Shown here piece after piece: positions 1 to 10,625 of a stretch of DNA of 45,825 nucleotides (position 1 is its first letter; every line of letters begins with the position of its first letter). This DNA comes from Octopus sinensis. Lineage: Eukaryota. The position numbers and the translations under genes were made by a program. The notes under the pieces are model-generated. The model did not search any database and was not told where the DNA came from. It saw nothing but the letters and a program-made list of their open reading frames with translations. The stretch is taken from contig NW_021834934.1 in NCBI RefSeq assembly GCF_006345805.1, positions 1 to 45,825 of the forward strand, in the 5' to 3' direction.

Positions 1-273
1 TCGAATCGTTAATTAACGACTAAAGTTTATTTTGTGATCTCTAATTATTAGGACCGTTTTATTGAATAATGACGACAACAGCAACGATAATGAAGTTGCT
101 TGATACGAATGGTAGGAGTGGTATGACGAGTGGTTGGACTGATATAGGGCAGCATTCGCAGAAAATTGCTCGAATTTATGGTGCGACCTCTTTTTTTTGG
201 CAACAGCTGACGAATGAAATTGTGTCGGGGTTGGATCGATTGGTGATTATTGTTAGAAAGTAGAGTCTTTTAC

Positions 274-313
<40 letters not shown>

Positions 314-427
314 TGTGACAGAGAGAGAGAGAGAGAAAGAGAGATATGTAGTGTGGGGGGGGGGGCGAGAGAAAAAGAGAGATGTGTGTGAGAGAGAGAG
401 AGAAACGTGTGGTGTGTGTGTTTGTGT

Positions 428-520
428 GTTAGAGGAAGTCAAATTTGTATGTGTGTGTGTGTTAGAGGAAGTCAAATTTGTGTGTGTGTGTGTGTGTGTT
501 AGAGGAAGTCAAAATTGTGT
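428..520. repeat. Three tandem copies of TTAGAGGAAGTCAAATTT separated by (GT)n
   Basis: Unit read directly at about 428, 462 and 498. Confidence 0.85.
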
Positions 521-586
521 GTGTGTGTGTGATGGAGAGAGAGAGAGGAATGTGCATTCGTTAACGTGCCTCCTAATCGATAAGTT

Positions 587-647
587 ATGAAGGACAATTT
601 GAATAACTCTTCGACAGATGGCTACACGGCGTCTGTTACACCTGGAG
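587..647 (+). CDS. Candidate first coding exon (MKDNLNNSSTDGYTASVTPG, phase 1; alternative ATG at 618 gives MATRRLLHLE, phase 0)
   Basis: Non-repetitive, CpG-containing stretch ending in a consensus donor GAG|GTGAGT at 647/648. No downstream exon identified and no homology recognised. Confidence 0.3.
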
Positions 648-917
648 GTGAGTGTAACAGTTTGTGTCGTGGATGCTGGGGGGTGGGGGGCCCACAATTC
701 GACTGAGCCATCGCCGGACGAAATTTAGTTTTTAGTTCTGACCTTACATTCTGAGTTCAAAGTGTCAGCTCTTCTTCGTTTCCAGAATTCCATCAAAGTG
801 AAAGTATTTCCCCCCACGAAATAAAAGATATCTTAAAACGAAACTAATACAGTAAACAACCAGCAAGATAAGGTTATTCTTAAGTGTGACGTTGGATTCA
901 TTAAAATACATCGATAA

Positions 918-1303
918 CTAGCAGTATCGCCCGGCGTTGCTCGGGTTTGTAAGGGAAATAACTATATTAGCATTTTTAGAGAGTTATAGCAAAAAGTTGC
1001 ATTAAAAATGGAAAAAAGATGGTAATTTTTTTAAATAATCGTTGACTCATCGTAGACATTTTTAGAGAGTTACTTCCCTTATATAATAGCGAAAAATGCA
1101 TTAAAAATGGAAAAAAATTATGGTAATTTTTTTAAAATCGTAGACTCATCGTAGACGCGCGCTAATACCCAGAAGGGCTCGATATGAATCACGACTATAA
1201 GATACCCGCTTTTGGTTAAACTGCACCGCAAAATGTGGGAGTAGTTAGGAATCTAAATCGAAGGGGACAGACACTCACACAACTTCACTTTTATATATAA
1301 AGA
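918..1303 (-). mobile_element. Non-autonomous Helitron
   Basis: Minus strand starts TC (1303-1302) and ends CTAG (921-918). A CCCG-AGCAACGC-CGGG hairpin lies just before the CTAG, and the element sits between A and T. Related 3' end at 24020. Confidence 0.8.
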
Positions 1304-1666
1304 TATTTCTAAAACGAGCAGCCATGCTTTGCTGCTCTCGTTAACATGAACAGCAAAGCATGGCTGCTATTTTTAGCAAATCGAGCGAGTACATAGCAGC
1401 TCCCTCGTTGTTCAGCCCCAGGTTATTACCAATCAAGCTAAACTATGATGAAAGACATTCCACTCATGACTCTCACGCCTTTTTTTTTCCGTGTGCAAGT
1501 AACCAACAACCGTGTCGTACAATGTGCCGGTTTCTAAGACGGCGGAGTGTAGTTTGAGGCACATCTGGCTGCTATTTCTAGCGACCACGTAGATTTTTTT
1601 CCTTGCTAATTTGCGGTATTGAATGAAATGTTGATATTAATCATATTTGCAATCCGTAGATTATAT

Positions 1667-1897
1667 ATTTCTTTATTACCCACAAGGGGCTAAACATAGA
1701 GGGGACAAACAAGGACGGACAAACGGATTAAGCCGATTACATCGACCCCAGTGCGTAACTGGTACTTAATTTATCGACCCCCGAAAGGATGAAAGGCAAA
1801 GTCGACCTCGGCGGAATTTGAACTCAGAACGTAACAGCAGACGAAATACCGCTAAGCATTTTGCCCACCGTGCTAACAATTCTGCCAGCTCACCACA
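1667..1897 (-). mobile_element. SINE-B (tRNA-derived), full length
   Basis: Head GAGCTGGCAGAA, B-box-like GAGTTCAAATTCC, body GTCGACTTTGCCTTTCATCCTTTCGGGG, tail GTGGGTAATAAAGAAATA. Confidence 0.85.
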
Positions 1898-1899
1898 TT

Positions 1900-2142
1900 A
1901 ATATAATAATAATCATCATCCTTTCTACTATATGCACAAGGCCTGAAATTTGGGGGCGGGGGATAATCGATTACATCGATACCCCCTCTCCCCAGTGTGA
2001 AACTGGTACTTAATTTATTGACCCTGAAAGGATGAAAGGCAAAGTCGACCTCGGCGGAATTTGAACTCAGAACGTAATGGCAGACAAAATACGGCTACGC
2101 ATTTCGCACGGCGTGCTAACCATTCTGCCAGTTCACCACCTT
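1900..2142 (-). mobile_element. SINE-B' (same head and body, different tail ending (ATT)n)
   Basis: Same body as SINE-B; tail CAAATTTCAGGCCTTGTGC...(ATT)n. Confidence 0.85.
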
Positions 2143-2170
2143 ACTCTACTGCAATCCGTAGATTATAGAC

Positions 2171-2900
2171 CATGTGAAGGTGCATGGCATACAATCGTGG
2201 GATTGAGAGTTCGATTCCTGGAGTGGGCTGTATGTTGTGTTCTTGAGCAAGACACTTTATTTCACATTGCTCCAGTTTACTCAGCTGTAGAAATGAGTCA
2301 CGATGTCACTGGTGCCAAGCTGTATCGGCCCCTTTGCCTTTCTCTTGGATACCATCAGTGGTGTGAAGAAGGGGGAGGCTGGTATGCATGGGTGGCTGAT
2401 GGTCTTCCATAAGCAACTTTGCCCAGACTTGTGCCTTGGAAAGGAACTCTTTAGGTGCATGGATGCATGGAAGCACTCCGTTGGTTACGACGATGAGGGT
2501 TCCGGTTGATCCGATCAACGGAACAGCCTGCTCATGAAATTAACGTGTAAGTGGCTGAGCACTCCACAGACACATGTACCCTTAACGCAATTCTCGGGGA
2601 TATTCAGCGTGACACAGAGAGTGACAAGGCTGGACCCTTTGAAATACAGGTACAACAGAAACAGGAAGTAAGAGTGAGAGAAAGTTGTGGTGAAAGAGTA
2701 CAGCAGGGATCACCACCATCCCCTGCCAGAGCCTCGTGGAGCTTTTAGGTGTTTTCGCTCAATAAACACTCACAATGCCCGGTCTGGGAATCGAAACCGC
2801 GACCCTATGTCCGCGAGTCCGCTGCCCTAACCACTGGGCCATTGCGCCTCCACTCTTTAGGTGCAATCGCATCGTCATTCGTGACTGAAGGGTGGGGGAG
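2171..2900 (+). mobile_element. SINE-D1 (tRNA-like head), interrupted by a SINE-D2 copy
   Basis: GAGTTCGATTCC box followed by GTGTTCTTGAGCAAGACACTTTATTTCACATTGCTCCAG; similar sequence at 40655. Confidence 0.65.
2460..2851 (-). mobile_element. SINE-D2 with tRNA-like head, nested in SINE-D1
   Basis: Minus strand starts GGAGGCGCAATGGCCCAGTGGTTAGGGC...GGTTTCGATTCC. 14-bp TSD ACTCTTTAGGTGCA at 2446-2459 and 2852-2865. Confidence 0.85.
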
Positions 2901-3142
2901 AGGTCATTATCCTTTTTAGATTGTAGACCAAATATACCAACACACCATTAGGATACCATTCCTTATATTTCAAATATACCAACATGACATGGAATTACCA
3001 TTCCTCATATTACAAAAATACTAACACACCATCTCAGACTTGCTTCCTGTATGCAAACGATTCAACACACACACACACAAGCAAACATCGTCACCCAACG
3101 CCCACCAATTTTTTTTTTTTACACAAAAATTCTCAATTTTTG

Positions 3143-3520
3143 TGCAGGAGTGGCTGTGTGGTAAGTAGCTTGCTTACCAACCACATGGTTCCGGGTTCAG
3201 TCCCATTGCGTGGCACCTTGGGCAAGTGTCTTCTACTATAGCCTCGGGCCAACCAAAGCCTTGTGAGTGGATTTGGTAGACGGAAACTGAAAGAAGCCTA
3301 TATGTGTGTGTGTATGTTTGTATGTCTGTGTTTGTCCCCCTAGCATTGCTTGACAACCGATGCTGGTGTGTTTATGTCCCCGTCACTTAGCGGTTCGGCA
3401 AAAGAGACCGATAGAATATGTACTAGGCTTACAAAAGAATAAGTCCCGGGGTTGATTTGCTCGACTAAAGGCGGTGCTCCAGCATGGCCGCAGTCAAATG
3501 ACTGAAACAAGTAAAAGAGT
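3143..3520 (+). mobile_element. SINE-A, full length
   Basis: tRNA-like head GGCTGTGTGGTAAG...GGTTCAGTCCC, TTGGGCAAGTGTC block, central (TA/TG)n, tail ending GAAACAAGTAAAAGAG. Confidence 0.9.
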
Positions 3521-4046
3521 AATTCAGTAATGTATCCTCATACACATCTTTAAATCCTTCAGTGGGCCCTTAAAAGGCCCAAGAAGACTTTGGGGCACTG
3601 CTAAAGTATTTCAAACCCAGTGGAGCTCAACCTTCTCCAGCCAATGTCTTTCAAAGGAGAGAAAGCAAGAGAAAAACAGAAATGGAAAGAGATAGAGGTG
3701 GAAAGGAAGAAGGTCTCAGTACGTGACCGGTACTTTACTGATCTTGAAAGGATTAAAGACGAAGTTGACTTTGGTGGAATTTGAACTCAGAGCATAGGGA
3801 CTTGGAGCAAATACCACAAGGCAATTTATCTGATGCTCTAATGAGTCAGCTGATTTGCTGCACTCCAACACTAACACACACACACAAATGATTTTATGAT
3901 GTCAATATGGGAATTGGATTATCTGCCTTTGCACATAAACCTTCTTAATCCCATTAATCAGTTAATCCCTGCTCTGTTCTTTGCATGACGGAGATAAAGC
4001 CATTATAGTGAGGTGTCAAAGTTAAGCTGGTTTATGAAGAACAAGA

Positions 4047-6090
4047 CAATAGTTTGTCCCCTGGTGTTGGTGGATGACCAAGGATGTCACATTAGGAGAA
4101 GAAAATGGGGCACCGTGTGTCCAGCTGTGGTCAATCACTCCGTTGCATTCTTGGAAGGCTCGACTGCATGTCAGGTATTGGTGGTCTTATAAGGCGGCGA
4201 GCTGGCAGAAACGTTAGCACGCTGGGCGAAATGCTTAGCGGTATTTCATCTGCCGTTACATTCTGGGTTCAAATTCCGCCGAGGTCGACTTTGCCTTTCA
4301 TCCTTTCGAGTCGATAAATTAAGTACCAGTTACGCACTGGGGTCGATGTAATCGACTTAAACCTATGTCGTCCTTGTTTGTACCCTCTGTGTTTAGCCCC
4401 TTGTGGGTAATAAAGAAATAGGTATTTCGTCTGCGTACGTTGTGAGTTCAAATTCGCCGAGGTCGACTTTGCCTTTTATCCTTTCGGGGTCGTAAATTAG
4501 TACCAGTTACGCACTGGGGTCGATGTAATCGACTTAATACCTATGTCTGTCCTTGTTTGTACCCTCTGTGTTTCGCCCCTTGTGGGTAATAAAGAAATAG
4601 GTTCGTCTGCGTTACGTTGTGAGTTCAAATTCCGCCGAGGTCGACTTTGCCTTTTATCCTTCGATTAGTCGATAAATTAAGTATCAGTTACGCACTGGGG
4701 TCGATGTAATCGACTTAATACCATGTCTGTCCTTGTGTTGTTACCCTCTGGTTTCGCCCCTTGTGGGTTAATAAAGAAATAGGTATTTCGTCTGCGTTAC
4801 GTTGTGAGTTCAAATTCTGCCGAGGTCGACTTTGCCTTTTATCCTTTCGGAGTCGATAAATTAAGTACCAGTTACGCACTGGGGTCGATGTAATCGACTT
4901 AATACCTATGTCTGTCCTTGTTTGTACCCTCTGTGTTTCGCCCCTTGTGGGTAATAAAGAATAGGTATTTCGTCTGCGTTACGTTGTGAGTTCAAATTCC
5001 GCGAGGTCGACTTTGCTTTTATCCTTTCGGGGTCGATAAATTAAGTACCAGTTACGCACTGGGGTCGATGTAATCGACTTAATACCTATGTCTGTCTTGT
5101 TTGTACCTCTGTGTTTCGCCCCTTGTGGGTAATAAAGAAATAGGTATTTCGTCTCTGCGTTACGTTGTGAGTTCAATTCCGCCGAGGTCGACTTTGCCTT
5201 TATCCTTTCGGAGTCGATAAATTAAGTACCAGTTACGCACTGGGGTCGATGTAATCGACTTAATACCTATGTCTGTCCTTTTTTGTACCCTCTGTGTTTC
5301 GCCCCTTGTGGGTAATAAAGAAATAGGTATTTCATCTGCGTTACGTTGTGAGTTCAAATTCCGCCGAGGTCGACTTGCCTTTATCCTTTCCCGGGTCGAT
5401 AAATTAAGTACCAGTTACGCACTGGGGTCGATGTAATCGACTTAATACCTATGTCTGTCCTTTTTTGTACCCTCTGTGTTTCGCCCCTGTGGGTAATAAA
5501 GAAATAGGTATTATCTGCGTTACGTTGTGAGTTCAAATTCGCCGAGGTCGACTTTGCCTTTTATCCTTTCGGGGTCGATAAATTAAGTACCAGTTACGCA
5601 CTGGGGTCGATGTAATCAACCTTAATCCATCTGTCTGTCCTTGTTTGTCCCTTCTGTGTTCGCCCCTTGTGGGTAATAAAGAAATAGGTATTTCGTCTGC
5701 GTTACGTTGTGAGTTCAAATTCCGCCGAGGTCGACTTTGCCTTTCATCCTTTCGGGGTCAATAAATTAAGTACCAGTTACGCACTGGGGTCGATGTAATC
5801 GACTTAATACCTATGTCTGTCCTTGTTTGTCCCCTCTATGTTTAGCCCCTTGTGGGTAATAAAGAAATAGGTATTGGTGGTCTGCTGGAACTGAAGGCAA
5901 GGAGTTGGATCTGGTCTTCCGTAGTCCACATTTTCCTTGAGCTTCTGCAATCCCATTCTGTTTGCAGGAGGCGGCCTCTCTGTTGTTGATGCTTCACCAG
6001 GTGGGAGTGTCATGTGTTTGCATTTCCCAGGTGTTAGGGTTCATCTCAAAGGCTTTCGGTATGTCCTTGAAACACTGTTTCTATCCACAT
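4047..6090 (-). pseudogene. RTE-type (BovB-like) LINE 3' fragment, split by the SINE-B array
   Basis: Removing the array and one TSD copy gives one frame: KQCFKDIPKAFEMNPNTWE...ADHQYLTCSRAFQECNGVIDHSWTH. This resembles the RTE ORF C-terminus with a degenerate CxxC..H..H motif and contains in-frame stops. Confidence 0.75.
4191..5874 (+). repeat. SINE-B head plus 9 tandem units of about 181 bp
   Basis: Nine GTGGGTAATAAAGAAATAGG tails at about 180-bp spacing. 15-bp TSD AGGTATTGGTGGTCT at 4173-4187 and 5869-5883. Confidence 0.95.
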
Positions 6091-6227
6091 GTACAAAATG
6101 CAAGTTAATATAATATTCAGAAGAGTGAAATGTTCGGTGCCATTATAAGACAAATTGGTGCTTCTAATGTCAAATAACATCACTTCAGTCCCAGTCTTGT
6201 AATTCCATTTGTATCAGGGTCAGTTCT

Positions 6228-6650
6228 TAAACCCTTTTCTATTGACATACACGACCTTTGCTCAATAAATTTTGGAAATAATAAAGAATTTAGTAAAATC
6301 ACTTTGCTATTATTAACATGGTATTTGAAACATAAATTAGTACCAAATTTTGATAAAAGGTCTTAATTTAGATAATTTTAACCCTTTCATCACTCTATTT
6401 CTGTTGAAATAAATTGCTTTTGTTTCAATTTTTGAAAATAATAAAGAATTTAGTAAAATAATTTTGCCGTTAATCTGGTGTTTGGAACATAAATTAACAT
6501 GGAATTTTCAAGAAAGGTTTTACTTTAGATCACTTTAACCCTTTTGCTACCATATTTCATTTGAGATACATTATCTTTCTTTCAATTGATATTGAAAATA
6601 ATAAGGAATTTAGTAAAATAGCCATCATTATTAAGCTGATGTTTGGAACA
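6228..6650 (-). mobile_element. Three tandem decayed copies (about 155 bp) related to the TTAA-bounded MITE
   Basis: AACCCTTT...AAGAATTTAGTAAAAT...GGAACATAAATT repeated at about 6228, 6378 and 6535. Confidence 0.6.
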
Positions 6651-6651
6651 T

Positions 6652-6868
6652 TTACTCTTTTACTCTTTTAATTATTTCAGTCATTTGACTGCGGCCATGC
6701 TGGAGCACCACCTTTAGTCGAGCAAATCGACCCCGGGACTTAGTCTTTGTAAGCCCAGTACTTATTCTATCTGTCTCTTTTGCCGAACCGCTAGGTGACA
6801 GGACGTAAACACACCAGCATCGGTTGTCAAGCAATGCTAGGGGGACAAACACAGACACACAAACATAT

Positions 6869-6913
<45 letters not shown>

Positions 6914-7054
6914 CATATATACGACAGGCTTCTTTCAGTTTCCATCTACCAAATCCACTCACAAGGCATTGGTCAGCCCGAGGCTATAGCAGAAGACACT
7001 TGCCCAAGGTGCCACGCAGTGGGACTGAACCCGGAACCATGTGGTTGGTAAGCA
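6652..7054 (-). mobile_element. SINE-A, near full length
   Basis: Reverse complement of the 3143 copy. Confidence 0.9.
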
Positions 7055-7436
7055 ATGAATTCCTATTTAGAGTAGAGGGAGATGGAACCAAAATGGTAAA
7101 GAATTCCCTTTGATATCCTAATGTCGCTGCCAATTTGATGCCTTTCTAATTAAATACAGCGACTTATTATGTTTAATGCTCAAAATATTCCACCGAACCA
7201 TCTAACGAGAGGTTGAAAATTTTAATAGTTAATTCCCTCGTCAAGCAGCAAATGTTTGGTTCAACACTAATGAATAGTTAATTAATAGGACAAGAAGTAA
7301 ATATTTACAACTTGCTGGAATATTCTGAAGCAGACAGTCACTCATTGAAAGTAATTAAAAAAAAAAAAAACATCATCTGCTAATCATTAACTCACTAACG
7401 AGCTGTTTACTAACATTTGATATGATTTATTTATCT

Positions 7437-8790
7437 TCAGGTGGCAAGCTGGTGGAATCATTAACATACCACACCAAATGCTTTGTGGCATCTTGTCTGG
7501 TATGTTCTGAGTTCAAATTCTGCTAAGGTCGACTTTTGCCTTTCACCCTTTCGGGGTCAATAAAGTAAGTACCTGTTGAACACAGGGGTCAATGTAATTG
7601 ACTTACCCCCTCCCCCCAAATTGCAGGCCTTGTACCAAAATTTGAAACCGTTATTATTACTATTATTCTTTCTGAGTTCAACTTCTGCTAAGGTCGACTT
7701 TTGCCTTCATCCTTTCGGGGTCAATAAAGTAAGTACCTGTTGAACACAGGGGTCAATGCAATTGACTTACCCCCTCCTCCCCCAAATTGCAGGCCTTGTA
7801 CCAAAATTTGAAACCGTTATTATTACTATTACTCTTTCTGAGTTCAAATTCTGCTGAGGTCAACTTTTGCCTTTCATCCTTTCGGGGTCAATAAAGTAAG
7901 TACTTGTTGAACACAGGGGTCAATGTAATTGACTTCCCCCCTCCTCTCAAATTGCAGGCCTTGTACCAAAATTTGAAACCGTTATTATTACTATTATTCT
8001 TTCTGAGTTCAACTTCTGCTAAGGTCAACTTTTGCTTTTCATCCTTTCAGGGTCAATAAAGTAAGTACTTGTTGAACACAGGGGTCAATGTAATTGACTT
8101 ACCCCCTGCCCCCAAATTGCAGGCCTTGTACCAAAATTTGAAACCGTTATTATTACTATTATTCTTTCTGAGTTCAACTTCTGCTGAGGTCAACTTTTGC
8201 CTTTCATCCTTTCGGGGTCAATAAAGTAAGTACTTGTTGAACACAGGGGTCAATGTAATTGACTTCCCCCCTCCTCTCAAATTGCAGGCCTTGTACCAAA
8301 ATTTGAAACCGTTATTATTACTATTATTCTTTCTGAGTTCAACTTCTGCTGAGGTCAACTTTTGCCTTTCATCCTTTCGGGGTCAATAAAGTAAGTACTT
8401 GTTGAACACAGGGGTCAATGTAATTGACTTCCCCCCTCCTCTCAAATTGCAGGCCTTGTACCAAAATTTGAAACCGTTATTATTACTATTATTCTTTCTG
8501 AGTTCAACTTCTGCTGAGGTCAACTTTTGCCTTTCATCCTTTCGGGGTCAATAAAGTAAGTACTTGTTGAACACAGGGGTCAATGTAATTGACTTCCCCC
8601 CTCCTCTCAAATTGCAGGCCTTGTACCAAAATTTGAAACCGTTATTATTACTATTATTCTTTCTGAGTTCAACTTCTGCTAAGGTCGACTTTACCTTTCA
8701 TTCATTTAGGGTCGATGAAATAAATACAAATATTAAGGGGTCAATATAAGTGACTCTCCTTCCTCAAAAACTGCTGGCCCAGTTGCCAAA
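7437..8790 (+). repeat. SINE-B' head plus 7 near-identical 165-bp units and one diverged eighth unit
   Basis: TTCTGAGTTCAA recurs at about 7506, 7670, 7835, 8000, 8165, 8330, 8495 and 8660. Confidence 0.95.
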
Positions 8791-8870
8791 ATTATAAACC
8801 CTTATTTATTTGTCTACCATCACAATACCTTAGTATGTATAACTTGTAAATACTGAGTTTTTTTCATTAA

Positions 8871-9093
8871 CCCTTTCGATACCAACCCAGCTGAAACAGC
8901 CTTTGGCTCTGCAGAAGAAATGTCTTGTTTTCATAAGCTTTGAATTAAAATCTTCCACCAAACCTTAGTCACAATTTATGTTCCTAACACTAGCTTCAAT
9001 GATAACGAAGTTGTTTTACTAAATTCTTTGTTATATTTAAAATTAATTGAAAAAAACTCAGAGCATCTCAACAAGAATATGGTAACAAAAGGG
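8871..9093 (+). mobile_element. piggyBac-like MITE
   Basis: TTAA on both sides; imperfect 13-bp TIRs CCCTTTCGATACC / GGTAACAAAAGGG. Confidence 0.8.
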
Positions 9094-9178
9094 TTAAAGA
9101 CAGTCAGTCAAATGTGCCTTCAATTTGCACAAAATTTGGCTGCTATTTCTAACAAGTGAAACAAAATCTGCAAATTAA

Positions 9179-9392
9179 CCCTTTTGATACCAACCTGGCT
9201 GAAACCACCTCTGGCTCTGTAGTACAAATGTCTTGTCTTCAAAAGTCCTGAATTAAAATCTTCCACCAAACCTTAGTCACAATTTATGTTCCTAGCTTAA
9301 TGATAACTAAGTTATTTTACTAAATTCTTTGTCAAATTTAAAATGAATTGAAAGAAACACAGTATCTCAACAGGAATATGGTAAGAAAAGGG
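9179..9392 (+). mobile_element. piggyBac-like MITE, second copy
   Basis: TTAA|CCCTTTTGATACC ... GGTAAGAAAAGGG|TTAA; body matches the 8871 copy. Confidence 0.8.
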
Positions 9393-9404
9393 TTAAGGCA
9401 TTAA

Positions 9405-9655
9405 CCCTTTGGAAACTGCCTCTGGCTCTGTAGTATTTGGACTTCTGTCATTAACCCTTTTGATACCACCCCCCTGAAACCCTTCTGGCTCGTAGTACAG
9501 ATGTCTTGTTTTCAAAAGTTTTGAATTATAATCTTCCACCAAACCTTAGTCACAATTTATGTTCCTAACACTAGCTTAATGATAACTAAGTTATTTTACT
9601 AAATTCTTTGTTATATTTAAAGTAATTGAAAGAAACACAGAACATCTCAGAAGGA
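9405..9655 (+). mobile_element. Truncated MITE starts (9405, 9455) and a body lacking the right TIR
   Basis: Two TTAACCCTTT starts; body matches 8871. Confidence 0.7.
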
Positions 9656-9684
9656 ATAAGCGTTGAATTGGCCATGTCTGGCTT

Positions 9685-10620
9685 GAATATTCTACCCATT
9701 TTATGTTCAAACTGACCAGATTTGACCCCTCGTGCCTACCCTACAATGTCATTCTAAAAATAAACAATCCCATTGCTGAAGTTTCAAGCTATGAGATAAT
9801 GCAAGATTAATTCAAAACAATGTGAATTAATAAGCATTACATTTGACTGAATAATCTAAATGTTAAAGGGTTGAAATGGCTCTGCCCAGCCTAAATATTC
9901 TCCTTTCTCCTTTACCTGTTTCAGTCATTTGACTGCGGCCATGCTGGAGCACCGCCTTTTAGTCGAGCAAATCGACCCCGGGACTTATTCTTTTTGTAAG
10001 CCCAGTACTTATTCTATTAGTCTCTTTTGCCGAACCGCTAAGTGATGGGGACGTAAATACACCAGCATCGGTTGTCAAGCAATGCTAGGGGAACAAACAC
10101 ACACATATATACATATATGCGACAGGCTTCTTTCAGTTTCCGTCTACCAAATCCACTCACAAGGCATTGGTCGGCCCGGGGCTATAGCAGAAGACACTTG
10201 CCCAAGATGCCACGCAGTGGGACCGAACCCAGAACCATGTGGTTGGTTAGCAAGCTACTTACCACACAGCCACTCCTGTGCCTATTTTATGTTCAAAACT
10301 AGCCAAATCTGGCCTTTCACACCTACCCGACAATGTCACTCTAAAAGCACTCAAAGCTATGAGATAAATGAAAACAATGTGGATCACTAAGCATTACATT
10401 TGACAGGATAATCTGAATGCCAGATTATTGTTAATCCATTCGCATTTTAACTGGCCACATTTGACCCAAATATTCTGCATGCTTTATGTTCAAATTGGCC
10501 AGATCCAGCCTCTCACACCTATCCTACAATGTCATTTTAAAAATAAACAATCACATCATTGAAATCTCGGCAGCTATGAGATAATCCCTCATTAACTAAA
10601 AACAATGTGAATAAACAATG
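9685..10620 (+). mobile_element. Second MITE-like family, three decayed copies (about 9685-9875, 10285-10425, 10445-10620) interleaved with SINE-A
   Basis: Shared CCTACAATGTCATTCTAAAAATAAACAAT...GCTATGAGATAA...AAACAATGTGAA; the first copy ends AAAGGGTTGA. Confidence 0.6.
9912..10282 (-). mobile_element. SINE-A, full length
   Basis: Family match on the minus strand. Confidence 0.9.
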
Positions 10621-10625
10621 TGAAT

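Noticed and set aside
2790-2851. tRNA gene
   Set aside because: The tRNA-like boxes are a SINE head that continues into SINE body without a complete cloverleaf; the same applies to the other SINE heads.
4191-5874. CRISPR-like regular periodicity
   Set aside because: Whole units repeat with no unique spacers, the sequence is SINE-derived and the context is eukaryotic.
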